64,000 bases of DNA from Octopus vulgaris (lineage: Eukaryota): assembly GCA_951406725.2 (NCBI GenBank), contig OX597836.1, positions 37,944,001-38,008,000 of the forward strand, in the 5' to 3' direction. The translations under genes and the position numbers were made by a program. Within the stretch, counting starts at the first letter, position 1. The number at the start of each line of letters is the position of its first letter. Below the pieces are notes generated by a model that was not told the DNA's origin, searched no databases, and saw nothing but the letters and a program-made list of their open reading frames with translations. This document shows positions 62,151-64,000 of this stretch, one piece after another.

Positions 62151-62671
62151 AAATATAAGGACATTTCACCACTATGAGTAATAGAAGTATTCTGTAATTG
62201 ATCAGTGTTTCATTATCTTCACCTACTGATTTATGATATTTTTATAGGCCTAAGAAGACTGTAAAATTTCTCTTGTATTTTCTCTTGAACTGTTACTTGA
62301 AGTAAATCTTTCAGTAGTACCTAATTAGGTTGGAGGACATTATGTGATCATGGTGCTTGTAAAATATTGTAAAACAGATAGAGATATGAGAATGGCGAAC
62401 AGGTTTTTTAAAAATTTCATTTGATTTTAAATGTCATACTGTTTTTATACTTTCTTTTATTTATGCATGCTAAATATAGCACATGTAAGTTAAATAATGA
62501 ATAGATTTTGCAGTACCTTTACAAAATTAACAAAATTAAAAATTATTATTTAGAAATAGTTTAAGTATTAGGATATAGGAGTTAAAGATTTTTAAAATGA
62601 ATATTTTAGTTGAAAATGCATGGTATTTTAATTATTATTATATCTATATTCTGATAATTATTTCTTTATAG

Positions 62672-62701
62672 CTGCTCCAGTTGACAATACAATATATCAG
62701 A
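62672..62701 (+). CDS. VWA gene linker micro-exon, 30 nt (PAPVDNTIYQ); gene continues beyond the window
   Basis: tatttctttatAG acceptor, GTAAGT donor at 62702; phase 1-1, no stop. Confidence 0.7.
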
Positions 62702-64000
62702 GTAAGTATATCTGTCTGTTTCATGTGAAGTAGAAACAGATTAAAGACAAATATTTTTATATTAATATTTCATTTAAAGAAATTTATAGTATTGCACAAA
62801 TCACATTTAATAGTGAATAGTATTTGATAAAAGGTTATTGTTGCATGGTATTTAATTATTAAATCTTGGTAAAATGTGAATAATTCAGTAATATGGTGTC
62901 CAAAGTATTTCTAATATAAAATAATTAAAATTTAAGCAGCCATTCAAAATGCTGTATCTCTCTACATCAGATATTTAAGAAGAATTAAAAGACAGTTTCT
63001 GTTTTAAATGATTAAAATAGACCAATTGTTTTCCATTGGTGATTTCATTATAATATATTGTAATGAAGCATGATGGATGAGGCTTGAAAGTATTAGTAAG
63101 TCATTATTAAGGACTTATTGTAGAATTGTATTCTCAAAAAATATGTTACTTTCTTCAGTTAATTTACCTTGAAAGTAAATGCTACTTACCACTTTAAAAT
63201 ATGGTAGTCAGTATTAAGAAATGGCAGCAAATGATGCAGCCCTTGCTTACTAATAAAAAGTCTAAAATTCCTTTATTAGTTGAAATTAAAAATCCAGATT
63301 CAGTACTGAAAATGCAATTTCAAATATAGTTTTATTTCAATTTAGAGATTGAAATTTATGGCATCTGAATGTAAATGCCAAACTGCTTTTTTATTAGTTG
63401 TAATTTTTAAACATATTTCAATATTATGTTATCAAAAAAAAAAAAAAAAAACAACCCTGCAAAAGAGACATGCTTGTTATAGATGTTCTATATTGTGGGA
63501 ATCCAACAAAATGACCAGCAAAAATTCCAAAAGAATTCAGAAAGTTACAAAATATTAAAAAAAATATTTTTAGATGTTTCTTAAGTCATTATGATTTTTA
63601 AAAAAAGAATAATACAAAGAAAACTCCAAATAGTTATTTGTAAAAATAGCCTGTACATTTTCAACATGTATGGCATATAAATTGCATTGAGGCTGTATAA
63701 AATTTTTGAGAATTAGAGTGCTACTAAACTTGTCATTTAGTACACTGCTTAATCTTACTTTATCACCAACTCTTGTCATTAATGTCATAAAGAAATGTCA
63801 GAATGCTCAAAACCTCACTTTATTCACCAGACTTTAAGCAATGCAATCACTGTACATTTTTTATAACATCAACACAGAATGCAGCCCAAACATTAACGCC
63901 ACTTTCACTGATACTTTTCATTGTGAGCACATTGATTATGCATCCAACCTCACAAAAGAAGAATGCTTTGCACCACATAACAATGAACAAGTTGATGATA

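Overview
AT-rich, repeat-dense eukaryotic (animal) genomic DNA. The SINE families, giant (TA)n tracts and gene style suggest a mollusc, probably an octopus-like coleoid cephalopod; this is inference from recalled repeat families, not a database result. There are no prokaryotic features and no CRISPR array. One host gene is supported, on the + strand from ~34070 and running off the right end. It encodes a secreted multi-VWA (collagen VI/matrilin-like) protein built from a signal-peptide exon, two ~560-nt VWA exons and five micro-exons (18, 21, 33, 36, 30 nt). All of its coding introns are phase 1 and the exons splice into one open frame of ~445 codons. Both VWA domains have His where the first MIDAS Asp is expected. 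The rest is mobile DNA: a decayed Tx1/L1-like LINE, three Penelope-like fragments, CR1, mariner, hAT and MULE remnants, three tRNA-SINE families, several MITE families (some with TSDs and empty paralogous sites inside the window), a 16 x 160-bp tandem array made from a SINE tail plus flank, a locally triplicated block, and 3-4 kb TA microsatellites. The long YIYI ORFs in the track are microsatellite artefacts.
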